From assembly GCF_006345805.1 (NCBI RefSeq), contig NC_043014.1:13082001-13146000 (forward strand): DNA of 64,000 bases, given 5' to 3'. Each line of letters opens with the position of its first letter. Positions within the stretch are counted from its first letter, which is position 1. A program made the translations under genes and the position numbers. The stretch is from Octopus sinensis. Taxonomy: Eukaryota. The notes beneath the pieces are model-generated. The model was not told the origin of the DNA. It ran no database searches and saw only the letters and a program-made list of their open reading frames with translations. Positions 24,431-38,700 of this stretch are shown in pieces.

Positions 24431-27413
24431 TAGAATACATTGGTTGCTGCATAGCAGCAAAGTTATAATCCTTTAGACAAGAGAAAAGGAAACATAACAT
24501 GAAAGGGAGTGAAAGGAGTGGGGATAGCATGAGTTATCGTTGGGTATCTAATGATTTGGGCTGCCAGACTGGGGCTGTTGATTTAGGAAGTGCTGGCCAA
24601 TTCCGAATGATATCTGCTGCTTTTTCAGCAAGCATGCAAGTTGGACCGTTTAAGTTGCCACTGACTACACTGGGCATGATTGAGGCATCTACGACACGAA
24701 GATTCTCAATTCCATAGACTTTAGTGTCAGGGCCGACCACAGCCATATTATCTGATGGATCTCCCATCTTGCACGTACAACATGGGTGATAGGCACTATC
24801 AGACATCTGACGGATAAATGCATCGATTTGTTTATCACTTTGGACATTGGGACCAGGAGCTAGTTCCTCGCCTCTATAAGGATCAAATGCTTTCTGTGCA
24901 AATATCTCTCTTGAGAGTTTGACATTATCTCTCATATCTACTACATCTTGTTCAGTTGTAAGGTAGTTAGCAACTATAATTGGATGAACCTTAGGGTCTT
25001 TAGACTTCAATTTCATATAGCCTTTACTTGTAGGTCTCATAGGACCCACATGAACTTGATAAGCATGATATGGGCCTACTTTGCGTCCATGATCATTAAC
25101 AGTAGATGGTAGAAAGTGGAACTGAATATCTGGATGTTCTACACCAGGTCTACTGCGAATGAAACCTCCAGATTCTAAATGAGATGTAGCACCATCACCT
25201 GTAAAAGTCAGAAACCATTGAAGTCCAGTTTTGATCATGACATGTGGAAACTTCCATTGTGCTTTGTACAATGTGATTGGTTTAAGACATTTCTGTTGAA
25301 TATAGACTTCAAGATGATCCTGAAGATTTGAGCCTACACCAGGTAAATGATTAACAATTGGAATGTCCAGTTTTTTAAGGTCATCAGCATTGCCAATACC
25401 AGAAAGCATGAGAAGTTGTGGGGAATTGATAGCACCACCACTTAGAATCACTTCCTTGTTGGCCCTTACTTGGTGAATAACACCTTTCTGTTCGTACTCA
25501 ATGCCAACTGCTTTGTTACCTTCGAAAAGGATCCTCCTGGCAAATGCATTTACTTCAGTGTCTAGGTTTGGTCTTTTTAACGACTTCCTCAGGTAAGCAC
25601 TAGCTGTACTCCACCTCTTACCCTTGTGGACAGTCATGTCCATCCAACCAAATCCTTCTTGCTGGTAGCCATTCATATCATCAGTGAATGGGTAACCAGC
25701 TTGAACACCAGCATCAATGAAAGCTTGGTGCAGCTCGTTATTAGTCTTACCCCGAGATACATGCAAGGGCCCTTTTCCTCCCCGATATTCATCAGGACCC
25801 AGTTCATGTGTTTGAGATTTACGGAAATAAGGTAAACAGTCTGCATATGACCAGTTCAAAGCCCCTTCCTTTTCCCATCGGTCATAATCAAGAGCATGAC
25901 CCCGAATATACACCATTGCATTTAGAGAAGATGACCCACCCCAAACACGGCCCCTTGGCCAATACATTACTCGGTTGTCCATGCCTCTCTCCGGTTCTGT
26001 CATGTAGTACCAATTATATTTATCATCACGTAGGTTGTACTTCAGAGCTGCGGGCATGTGGATCTTCCAAGTATAGTCCTTTGGACCAGCTTCCAATAGA
26101 AGTACAGTATTGTCAGTATCTTCTGTAAGACGATTACTGAGGACACACCCCGCAGACCCGGCCCCAACAACAACGTAACTATATTCCTTGGTGGCTGTCA
26201 CTGAGTCTTTTGAAGATGTACTAAAATAACGACCATTCGATTGGCTGCCTGAGAAAGGAGGTTGATGATGGCAGTGGGCAGTCAACATACCAGGGTTTAT
26301 CGGCAGGGCTAGAGGGTAAGAGAAAGATGAATACAAAGTAGGATATAGTAGTATAAATACAGCAGACAACATTCATAAATAAGCTCACTATTAAAAGCAG
26401 ACAAATAGGTAATTAAGGGAAAGGGACAGTTGGTTATACCAACCCCAGTAATTTACTAGTACCTATTTTATGAACCACGCAAAGAATGAAAAAGGAAAAG
26501 CGTATGATGTGAACTCAAAATATAAAGTGTCATATTTAAAAATGAAGGGTCATGGCCTTGTGATTAGGGTGTTGTACTCCCGATTCTGAATACCAGTCAA
26601 ATTATAGAGTTTACTGGGTACTTTTTACAAGGCACCAGCATTAGTGAGGTCACCAAGAGCTTGCTTGTACATGGTTGTTTGTGTGAATGTGTTTGTATTT
26701 TCCTCATCTTCACATGTGTCCATTTGCTAGTTTCTAAGCAATGCCTTCACTGATGGTATCATTTGCTTGTAGTTCACTGCGAAAGCATGTACAGGATGCT
26801 TTTTCAATTCTATATTTAAGAGATGAGGAATTATGTACATTATTTACATTTGACGGATATTTGTCCTCATCTTGTTTGTCATTAACACAACGTTTTGGCT
26901 GATATACCCTCCAGCTTTCATCAGGTGTCTTGGGGAAATTTCAAACCTGGGTTCTCATTCCTACGGTATTTTTCGATGTTATTATTATTATTATTGTTCA
27001 CTGCTTGGAATCGAACTCGGAATCTTGGGGTTAGTAGCCTGTGCTCTTAACCACTATGCCACATGCTTTTTTTTTGGTAGATTGGGTGATAATTGTCTCA
27101 CATGGAAGCAAATGGAGGTTGGCAACAGGAAGAGCATCTAGCCATGAAAATCTCAGTCCCAACAACAACAACTGAGAGTGGTGCAACATTCAGAGATAAG
27201 ACTGAATGACTCTTAAAACTTTAAGGTCTCTGCACAAGAGACCTTGTTTATGGCGCAGGAGTGGCTGTGTGGTAAGTAGCTTGTTTACCAACCACATGGT
27301 TCCGGGTTCAGTCCCACTGCGTGGCATCTTGGGCAAGTGTCTTCTACTATAGCCTCAGGCCGACCAAAGCCTTGAGAGTGGATTTGTTAGACGGAAACTG
27401 AAAGAAGCCCATC

Positions 27414-27458
<45 letters not shown>

Positions 27459-30400
27459 TGTGTGCGTTTGTGTGTCTGTGTTTGTCCCCCTATCATTGCT
27501 TGACAACCAATGCTGGTGTGTTTATGTCCCTGTTACTTAGCGGTTCAGCAAAAGAGACCGATAGAATAAGTACTGGGCTTACAAAAGAATAAGTCCAGGG
27601 GTCGAGTAGCTCGATTAAAGGCGGTGCTCCAGTAGAAGACACTTGCCCAAGGTGCCACACAGTGGGACTGAACCCAGAACTTACCACACAGCCACTCCTA
27701 TGCCTCATTAACATTAAATATTAATTAACCTGAAGATTGACTGTTTTTGTCTCATATCTCATTGCTGATAATAAAACAAGTAACAATATGATTCAGGATT
27801 CAAAGGCAGTGAGCTGGCAGAATCGTTAGCATGCCAGGCAAAATGCTCCACAGCATTTTATCTTTATGTACATTCTGAGTTCAAATCCTGCTGAGGTCGA
27901 CTTTACCTTTCATCCTTTCAAGGTCAATAAAATCAATACCAGTTGAGCACTGAGGTTGATCTAACTGACTTACCCTCTTCCCCGAAATTGCTGGCCTTGT
28001 GTCAAAATTTGAAACCAATATGGTTTTGAGTTCAAATGAATGCACCATCTACCACCCAATAGATGACAACCTTGTGCCTGCTGAAAAAATATGCAATTCA
28101 TAAAGCAGTAAAAACCACTCAAACATGCTTAGTTGAACACAAAAAAAAAAAATAAGGAAAAAAAATGATTAATATTTTGGTTGCAACAAAATTTGAAGAG
28201 GGAAAGTTTGCTGTAAACAGGATTTAAAATGGAAAAACAAGCAATAATAATTAATAAATTGGATAACATGTGGAATGCATTTATGGCCATTATAAAACTG
28301 TTTAACCCTTTAGTGTTTAAACGGGCCATATCTGGCCCAGATATTCTACATGTTTTATATTCAAACTGGCCATATCTAGCCTCTCACACCTAACCTACAG
28401 TGACATTAAAAAAATAAACAATCACATCATTGAAACCTCAAAGCTATAACATAATGCATGATTAATTCAAAACAATTTGAGTGAAAAAGTATTACATTTA
28501 ACAGAGTAATCTGAACACTGAAGGGTTAATCTTTTAGCATTTAATCTGGTCATATCCAGCCCAAATATTCTACTGGTTTTAAGTTAAAACTGACTAGATC
28601 CAAACCCTCATACCTACGCTACAATATCATTCTAAATATATACAAACACACCATTGGGATCTTAAAGCTACAAAACAAAGTGTGATTAATTTAAAACAAT
28701 GTGAATAAATAAGCAATACATTTGACAAAGAAATTTAAATGCTTATGGTTTATATTTGAGATACATTAAATAATACAAGGAGCCAACCAAATGTTTATTA
28801 TTATTATTTTATTGTTGGTATTATTACAGTGCTGAGCTGGCAGAATTGTTACCGCGCTGGACGAAATGCTGCGTGGTATTTTGCCTGTCACTATATTCTG
28901 AGTTCAAATTCTGCCGAGGTTGATTTTGCCTTTCTTCCTTTCAGGGTAAAAAAAATTGAGTACCAGTAAGATATTAGGGTCAATGTTATCAACCAGTCCC
29001 CTTCCCCAAAATTTCAGGCCTTGTGCCTATAGTAGAAAGGGTTATTATTAAGGCAGCAAGCTAGCAGAATCATTAGCATGCTGGACAAAATGCTTAGCAG
29101 TATTTTGCCTGTTGCTATGTTCTGAGTTCAAATTCAGCCAAGGTCGACTTTGCCTTTCATCTTTTCACGGCTGATAAATTAAGTACTAGTCAAGTACTGG
29201 GGTTGACATGATCAATCCCCCCCGTCTCCCCCCCCCACAAAAATCCAGGCCTTGTGCCTATAGTAGGAAGGATTATTGATATTTTGGAATAAAATGCCTT
29301 TTACATATTTCAAAAGTAAAATACAAATCAGTTTAAACGACAAAAACCATTGAAGTTTTGAACTGAAAACATCAAAGGTTTCATCATTTAATTTAATTTG
29401 TTATTCTCTTTCAAATATTGAGGAAAGGTATTTTATACAGAAATATCAGAATTATATTGAAACCCTCCACTACACACAGACACATATATTATTAAACAAA
29501 GATTTTATTGTAATAATTTTTCATTTAATCACAAAAATAAAAAGATAATACCTCACCATGAAAAAATATGTATTGCAGAGCAAAGACTCTGATATGAATC
29601 TGAACATTTTGTGTTAGATTCTCTCAAGGACCAAATCATACAAATAAAAACAGAAAATATTAAAAAACGTTTTGGAAGGAAGTTTATAGTTTTCCTGACA
29701 CGCGCAGAAGAGACTTGTAGCTTAATCATCATCTGTGATGGGTAAAACATAATTCTGAAAGAATTTTCGTAAAAAGGTAAAAAGGAAAAAGTTACTTTGT
29801 TGTGTCTAGGGAGGGTCATTATGCCACTATAATTAATACATGCACTGGTTCAGTTCCACTTCTTTATTATTAGTGAATTGGTTAAATATCCAACTAACCA
29901 ATCAATTGTTTGTTAACTTGGTTAATTAGTAACTCATTTGCAAGTAGCAACAAAAGAGCTTTGACAAACAAAAACAAAACAAATGATTTACTGTTTAACC
30001 AAATTAAATAAACAATCAATTTGCTTCACTATGATAGATCGCAATACACATTCTATATTTTCTCTCCTTGTTTCTTTCTGTGGAAGAGCATAGGCTCGAA
30101 ACATTAAAGATTTTTTCACTTCCCGAGCATTATACTAATACATCTGTTTGTTGTCTACACCACCTGTCTTCGTCTTTTATTTTTTTTGTGAATTCTCTCC
30201 ATATATTACACACTCACGTGGCTGCACCAGTTGATCCTGTCTCCTCTCATCATCCACGAATTCTACACTTCTACGGATTCTACCTGTCTTCTCTCATCAC
30301 CCACCAACTTCTACTGGACTTTCTACACTTCAGCTGCACCTCTCCTGCCTATGGATTACACTGAACTCCTCTGTTGACGAAGAATCCATTAGTTAGTTGG

Positions 30401-32413
30401 ATATTCAACCAATAGACTAATAATAAGGGAGAGGAACTGAACCAGTGTGAGTGTTAATAATACTGGCATAATGACTCTCTAGACACAGCAAAATTTGTAT
30501 CAACACATGAATTCACATAAAGAATCTTGTACACCAACTACAAAAATGAAAAAGAAAAAGTTACTGCCAGTTGCGAACTCTGAAACGAAGATGGGAGGAA
30601 GAAGAGAAGAGAAAGATAAAGAAGGGGAGGCTCTGGAAAATAGAAGTTTTGAAAAACTCTTTAATTGATTTTTAATTAATATTTAAAACATAAATTCAGA
30701 GCTGGAAAAAATTACAGTAATATGCTTATTTCAAAATTCCACCTTAGAATTATTGCAAACCAGAGTGCCCACCCAGTATGTTCTGAAGTTGCCCTCTCCC
30801 TACCTGAAAGCATCAAAGACTGCTGATTGGCCTGTATAAAAATGTGTGAATTGGTATTTCTACAGAACAATGACAATAGCAGTGAACATAGCAATTTCAG
30901 TGAGGAATTCTCTACATCAGTGGTTCCCAAACTTTTTAGAGTCTCAACCCACTATTTATCACACCAGTTTATGACGACCCACTTAACTCTACTGAACTAT
31001 CTCAATAGACAGCAGTTAATCAAAGCTAATGCGTAATTTTATAACTTTTTGCGACCCACTAAGATTCCGTTTGCGACTCATAGTTTGGGAACCACTGCTC
31101 TACATGGTTACTCAACATGCTAGAAATAGCAACCAAATCACCTCCACACTACACTGTCATCTGCAATAATTCTTTGAATGTGTATTTCACCTGTCGCTAA
31201 GTTCTGAGTTTAAATTCCGCCAAGGTCGTCTTTGCCTTTCATCTGTTCAGGGTCGATAAATCAAGTACCAGTGAAACACTGGGGTTGATGTAATCGACTC
31301 ATCCCCTCCCCCAAAATGTCTGCCCTTGTGGCAAAACTTGAAACCATTATTATTGCTGTTGTTGTTGAAAGCTACCAGAATTGTTAGCTTGGTGGCATTT
31401 TGTGCATCTTTACGTTCTGGGTTCAAATTCTGTTGAGGTTGACTTTGCCTTTTGTCCTTTCAGGGTCGATAAATTAAGTACCAGTGAAACACTGGGGTCA
31501 ATGTTATTGACTATCCCCTCCTCCAAATTTCAGGCCTTGTGCCTATAGTAGAAAGGATTATTATTATTGTGGTAAGCTAGCAGAATCATTTGCTTAGCAG
31601 CATTTCGTCCATCTTTAAGTTCTGGGTTCAAATTCCGCTGAGGTCGACTTTCCCTTTCATCCTTCCAGGGTCAATAAGATAAGTGCCACTTGAGAATTGG
31701 GGTTGATGAAATCAACTTACCCCTTTCCCCCAGACTTTCTGGCTTTGTGCCAAAATTTGAAATCACTACCACCATTACCATTTAATGCTCGCGATACCAG
31801 AGGGCGCAAACTCTCCTATCCTGATGTAATCTCCAGGGATACAGGCATCCAGCAACAGGACCTCCGTAATGCTATGATGGACTGGGAAGTCTGGCGTAAC
31901 ATAGTAAATTCCATTGTCTCGACCACAGTCAAACAATGATGATGATTTAAAACTGTTTGATTTGGCTGTATGCAGCTTAAAGTCTTACAGGCTCCTTGCA
32001 GAAACCTGGGTCGTCGGGCTCAGGGAATCAATTCAGCTATACAAGCCTCACTAGGTAGGTTATTGTAAGGAGCCTACAAAATTCTAAGTTGCATGGGGAT
32101 GAATCAAACTGCTGCAAACAATGATAGACGTAACTCCAACTAAATGTGGTGAGTGGCTGCTTTCATTTGTCCACTCACTCCTAGGTATGTAAGTATGTAT
32201 GTAAATATTCTTTTACTTGTTTCAGTCATTTTGACTGTGGCCATGCTGGAGCACCGCCTTTAGTCGAGCAAATCGACCCCAGGACTTATTCTTTGTAAGC
32301 CTAGTACTTATTCTATCAGTCTCTTTTGTCGAACTGCTAAGTTACGGGGATGTAAACACACCAGCATCGGTTGTCAAGTGATGTTGGGGGGACAAACACA
32401 GACATATACGCAC

Positions 32414-32459
<46 letters not shown>

Positions 32460-32706
32460 CACCCACTACACTCACGGAGTGGTTGGCGTTAGGAAGGGCA
32501 TCCAGCCGTAGAAACACTGCCAGATTTGACTGGGCCTGATGAAGCCTTCTGGCTTCACAGACCCCAGTAGAACCGTCCAACCCATGCTAGCATGGAAAAC
32601 GGACGCTAAATGATGATGATGATGATATATATGTTATCCCATGGTGGGTTGAATTTTCAACCCCTATCTCATTTTATAACCTATATATAAATATATATAT
32701 ATATAC

Positions 32707-32745
<39 letters not shown>

Positions 32746-35700
32746 CAACGGGCTTCTTTCAGTTTCCGTCCACCAAATCCACTCCCAAGGCTTTGGTCGG
32801 CCCAAGGCTATAGTAGAAGACACTTGCCCAAGGTGCCACGCAGTGGGACTGAACCTGGAACCATGTGGTTGATAAGCAAGCTACTTACCACACAGCCACT
32901 CCTATGCCTATATGTATACAAAATATGTATATATTTTGTTTGTGTTTGTATTGCGAGATTCTTCATGTGACCTTTTTTTAAAAAATTTTGTTGCATGTTA
33001 GGAGGGTCATCAGGCCAACAATAAACACATGTACTGGTTTTATTTCACTTCTTCATTTTTGAAGAAGCCTGAAGTAGAGTATGTCACTGATGAGATCACA
33101 AATGAAAAGAACTTTGACAAAACTAGGCGATTTATTGATGATTAAACAATTGATAATTTAATTGGTTAAATGATTAACCAATCGACTAATGAATATAAAA
33201 AAGTGAACAAGAACCAGTGTGTGTGTTTGCTTTTATATGTATGTATATGTGCATTCCTGCATTTATTTATTATGCTTGAAGCTCAACAACACACAATTTT
33301 CACCGGTAAGAGTAAAGATCCTAAAATAGGGAAATTTGAAGGATTGTTCTGATACAAGAGATGTAGGTTCAAGTTCCATGGGCAGTATTCAACTTTTTCT
33401 ATCCAAAGGTTTGTTTTTTTTTTTAAGCCAATATTTAGATGCTACTATTTATAGCTTATCTGCTTCAAGATTCAATGTTCCATAAAAGCACTATTTCAGG
33501 TTCTGCTGAAGTTCGTAAAATTCCTATCCTGTCAATGACAAATATCATATTTAATATTACATAATTGTTTTTATATCTTGGGAAATTTTTAGTTTTATAA
33601 GGTTATTCATTGAGTTAGATGTTTCATTTAATTGAAGAATTGTACGTTTAGAAGATTAGCTTAACTTCTTGTTCAGTGAGTACTTTTAGGATGAGCTATA
33701 TAAAAGATGTTAATAGAAATGGTATATATATATATATATATTGTTGCCAGAGCAGCTAACTGGCTTCTGTGCCGGTGGCAGGTAAAAAGCACCATTCGAG
33801 CGTGATCATTACCAGCGTTGCCTTACTGACACTTGTGCTGATGGCACGTGAAAAAACATTCCAGCAAGGTCGTTGCCAGTGTCGCTGGACTGGCTCCTGT
33901 GCAGGTGGCACATAAACACCATTTGAGCATGGCTGTTGCCAGTACTGCCTGACTGGCCCGTAAAAGCACCCACTACACTCTCGGAGTGGTTGGCATTAGG
34001 AAGGGCATCCAGCTGTAGAAACTCTACCAGATCAAGATTGGAGCCTGGTACAGCCATCCGGTTTGCCAGTCCTCAGTCAAATCATCCAACCCATGCTAGC
34101 ATGGAAAGCGGACGTTAAACGATGAAGATGATGATGATATAGGATAAAATTAAAGTTTAAATTTAAAATTTACATGTTGGGTGTGTCCCTAGTAGTATGA
34201 TGATGATAAAGCACATTCACTGCTTATGGCTACCTGGCATCATCCACAGTAATAGCACAATCATTGTTGGATCGGTGTTAGGAATTCCTTAATGCACGTT
34301 GAGTATAGTAGAAACAATGGATGGAGTATACTGGAAACTTTGTTTATCACAACGATCATTTTGACACATCCTGCATCGCTCTCTTGCGGGTGGGAAACTA
34401 TACCATGACTTACGGTGCAGAAGCATCCCATCAGGTGTAGATGTACTTTTATAACATTTTGACTCAGCTCCATAAGACTTAATGTTACATGGGTGCACAG
34501 GACATACCCATCTCATCAAATATGGTGACAGACTTCACGAAATGACTGAAAAATCCAATAACCTGGAAGATACTAATGCATCTACCAAGCAGGTAATAAC
34601 TGTAGATTATTGTCTCAAACAATGTGATCTTGTTATGATCTAAAGTTGTAATAAAATTAGTAAAGATGTTCCACAAGGATCTGAAGTTTTTATATATTGA
34701 GGCCTACTCACCATTCTTTCAGGTGAAAGACTCATAGGGCTGGCTCCCAGGCTTCTGTGGCACATATATTTTCCCTTCCTGGATAGAACACCAGTCCATC
34801 ACAGGATTACTCGCTTTTGTCAGCTGAGTGAACTGAAGCAATATGAAATGAAGTGTTTTGCTCAAGAACACACTGCATCACCAGGGCCAGGAATCGAAAC
34901 CACAATATTACAATCACGAGTCCAATACCCTAACCCCTCAGCAAATCACCTCCACATCAACTGAAATGCAGGAGGGAACAGGTTATATCTCGGATGAAAC
35001 CAAGGTTGCTTCAAAAAACAACCATTGTCTGCAGTTTGAGTTTTTTTCATAGGCGCAGGGGTGGCTGTGTGGTAAGTAGATTGCTTACCAACAACATGGT
35101 TCTCGGTTCAGTCTCACTACGTGGCACCTTGGGCAAGTGTCTTCTACTATAGCTTCGGGCCGACCAATGCTTTGAGTGGAATTGGTAGACAGAAACTGAA
35201 AGAAGCCCGTCGTATGAATGTATATATATATATATGTGTGCGCGTGTGTGTTTGTGTGTCTAGCATTGCTTGACAACCGATGCTGGTGTGTTTATGTCCC
35301 CGTCACTTAGCGGTTCGGCAGAAGAGACTGATAGGATAAGTACTGGGCTTACAAAGAATAAGTCCCAGGGTCGATTTGCTCGACTAAAAGCGATGCTCCA
35401 GCATGGCTGCAGTCAAATGACTGAAACACGTAAAAGAGAGTATTGTCTGCAGTTTCTTGAGTGTATCTCATGAAGCACTCCATATTCAACACGATACTCT
35501 TTGTCTTACTGTTGCATCCCTGGGGTGGTTCCATAAAGTTGCCAATATTGTTACTGAAGAATTCAATTATAAGCATTATTTCCAGTGGTTACTCCAGCAA
35601 GTCTTCAATAGATGAACTCGAGTCTAACTTCTCCAAATCCGTATTTCACTTTCATTGGCAAGCACAAGGGTACATTTGAAGAATTCCACCAGTATCATTC

Positions 35701-38700
35701 TTCTTTAAATTCTAAGAAATCATCGCAGAAGTCTTCGAGACATAGTTTCTTCCAAATTTTGTCCTAGATTATTTTGATATACATGACCTTCGTGATATCA
35801 GATTTTTTTTTTATCTTGGTCATTTGTCCTCTCAACAAGTTCTTTGAGAGTGTAAGAGACAGCAGGTCATTATGCCAAAAATTACAACCCTATCCATGGA
35901 CTTGAGTAAAGTAGTGGCATTTGGTGATAGGCAAACTAATTCAACAAGAATACATGTCTTGAGGGTGTCAAGATTCTGGAGTTTATCAAACACAAATGTT
36001 ACCTTATGGAAAAGGTTGTGTTCTTCAAACTGATTTTTTTTTTCACTGTTGGGTAAAAATATGAAACACCACAGTATGAAATTTTCTATAATAACCCAGG
36101 CTTTTTAGTTTGATTTTCCAATCACATGTACATCAGTACATCTGAATGATAAATGAACAATTGCTTACATCTGAAGTCTTCTAAAGCAATACCACCAAGC
36201 AGTAGGGTTAAATGGTCTTTTCCAGCCTTGACACAAAAAGCATTTAAAAAATTTTTCCTAAAGACTAAAAATGCAGGATGACATTCATTTTTAGATAATG
36301 TTTTTCATTTATATAGAATAAAAGTCAGGGAGGGTATTTACCACACTCAAAAATAACCTTAAGAACCAAAAGAAATTCCTTGGTTCCCTGGGGTTTACAC
36401 TTTCAGCTTTACCATACATACAGAGGTTTTGCAGTGTTGGACTCTTTGAAACCAACCTCTGCTAGTAGTAAATGTTTCTGATTTATTTCATTCTTCTAGT
36501 AAGTGATTAAAGATGCTCCTTGGTTTTGCATTGTATGTTGACTTGATGGCATGCTGCATTCCTTCTTCAGCTACCTCCATAGGAAATATAGTTGATATTT
36601 TCCCAAAAGTTTACTCTTTGAACAAATCACTTCAATGATATTGAGATTTTCAAAGCATTTTTCACAATTGTTCTAACCATTCATTCACTGGTAGAATGTA
36701 TCATATAAAACATGTTTTACTCTTAGCATTTTTAAGAAAAGCTTATATTTAGGAAGTTATTTCACGTTAAAGTTCTTGTATTTCAGTAATTTCAACCAAT
36801 CAATGACGTGTATTCAGCTGAATGAAATTACTGAATACACGTCATTGATTGGTTGAAATTACCGAAATAGGCCTACTTTGACGTGAAATTAGCTGCATAC
36901 ATCAAATACTTGCAAACTTTTCAAGTTCTTGAACACATACAATTTTATATCCACCATGATGCTTATCCATTATTTAGATGGATTTTTCAGCACTTGGGAG
37001 TTAGAGGTTGCTTTTCATGCAAGATATGCATAGCAAAACGACATGAGCATACTATCGTGTACAACAGAATTGTTCAAGTGTGAATCAGTTTCTAATATGA
37101 TAGCACACAACTATAACAATAATCATGTCTGCTGTAGGCATGAAACCTGAAATTTTGCAGGTGGTGGTGGGTGTCAGTTAATTACAGAGACCCCAGAGCT
37201 CAACTGGTATTTATTGCATCAAATGCAAAAGGACGAAAAGCAAAGCCAACCTTGGTGGAATTTGAACTCAGAACTTAAAGATCAATGAAATGCTACTAAG
37301 CATTTAGTGTTAGTGGGCGTATTACTGTGTGTTTATACCGTATATATTGTGAAACCTTTTTGAGAACAGAATTTTCACTAAAAAAATGTCACCAAAGGAA
37401 AATTATTAAATTAAAAATCTACCTAAGTATTCTCGCATGATAATTTCTCAGTAATTGGTTAAATTTACAGTCTATGTTCTAAAGCAATTATTAAATCAAT
37501 TTCTTTTTTCTGAAATTGTTAAATGCAAAGTCTATTGTGACATGTATATATATATATATTTAAAAATACAGTTTTCTGTATATTAACAGTTTTATTATTA
37601 TATTCAATACTTTTACATAAGATAAAAATATTTTCTGTGTTCATCAGGTTATGGGCACACTAGTACCCATTTTCTATATACAAATCAGCCTTGTGTTTCC
37701 TCAAAAAGAAACAATAGTTTACTTCTGTTTTGACTTGACTGGTTCACTCTTTTGTTGGCCTGTTTATTTTAATATCCTGCAGTAGGTACCCTTAAAATAA
37801 GGACCCCACAGACTGGAGGAGGGGGATAACTAAATACACTTAATATTTTGGTAGTTTTACAGCACTGGTTCTTAACCCGAGTGGTAATGCCCTCATAGAA
37901 GTTGCTAATGTGAAGGAGGAACCATAGCGGAGACAGGAACATTGGGTGTTTAGAGGGCTTGCAATATTTTCAGAGAAAAATATTTCACCCTTTAGCATTT
38001 AAACTGGCCACATCTATGCCAAATTTTCTACCAGTCTCATGTTGAAATTGACTAGATCCTGTCTCTCACACCTACTGTACAATGCCACTCTACAAATGAA
38101 CAGTCACATCATTAAAGTCTCAAAACTACAAGATAATATATGATTAATTCACAACAATGTGAATAAACAAGCATTACATTTCACTGATTAATCTGAAAGC
38201 TAAAGGGTTATACCTAGTACAGTTCTTATATTAGGAAATTAGAAACACATTTCCAAAATGTCTTTGTTAAGATTAAAGTATGAATGGACATGAAGTTATC
38301 AGTGAGCAAGAATACAACTGATTTTTTCTTTTATTGCATCAAGGTCCAATATAATTTCATTAAGTCTTCACCTTTATTAGTTATTTCCATAAAAAAAATT
38401 AACACAGTAACACTAAAAACAAATATATGATGGATGTGACAGAAGAAAACTAACTTTCGTTTGATTAAAATAAGCCTTGAGCGAATTTGGTAGATGGAAA
38501 CTGAAAGAAGCCCATCATGTGTATACGTCTGTGTCTCTTTGAATTAACATCTCATGATTGTTGTAAAAGAGTGTTATTCATTTCAAATATTCTCCAAAGG
38601 CATATCTAGCTCTGGGGAAATAAACCTTACTTGGAAACAACTAAGGATTAGCAATGAGAAGGGCATCCAGCAGCAGAAATCTATCTCAAATTCTGTGCAA

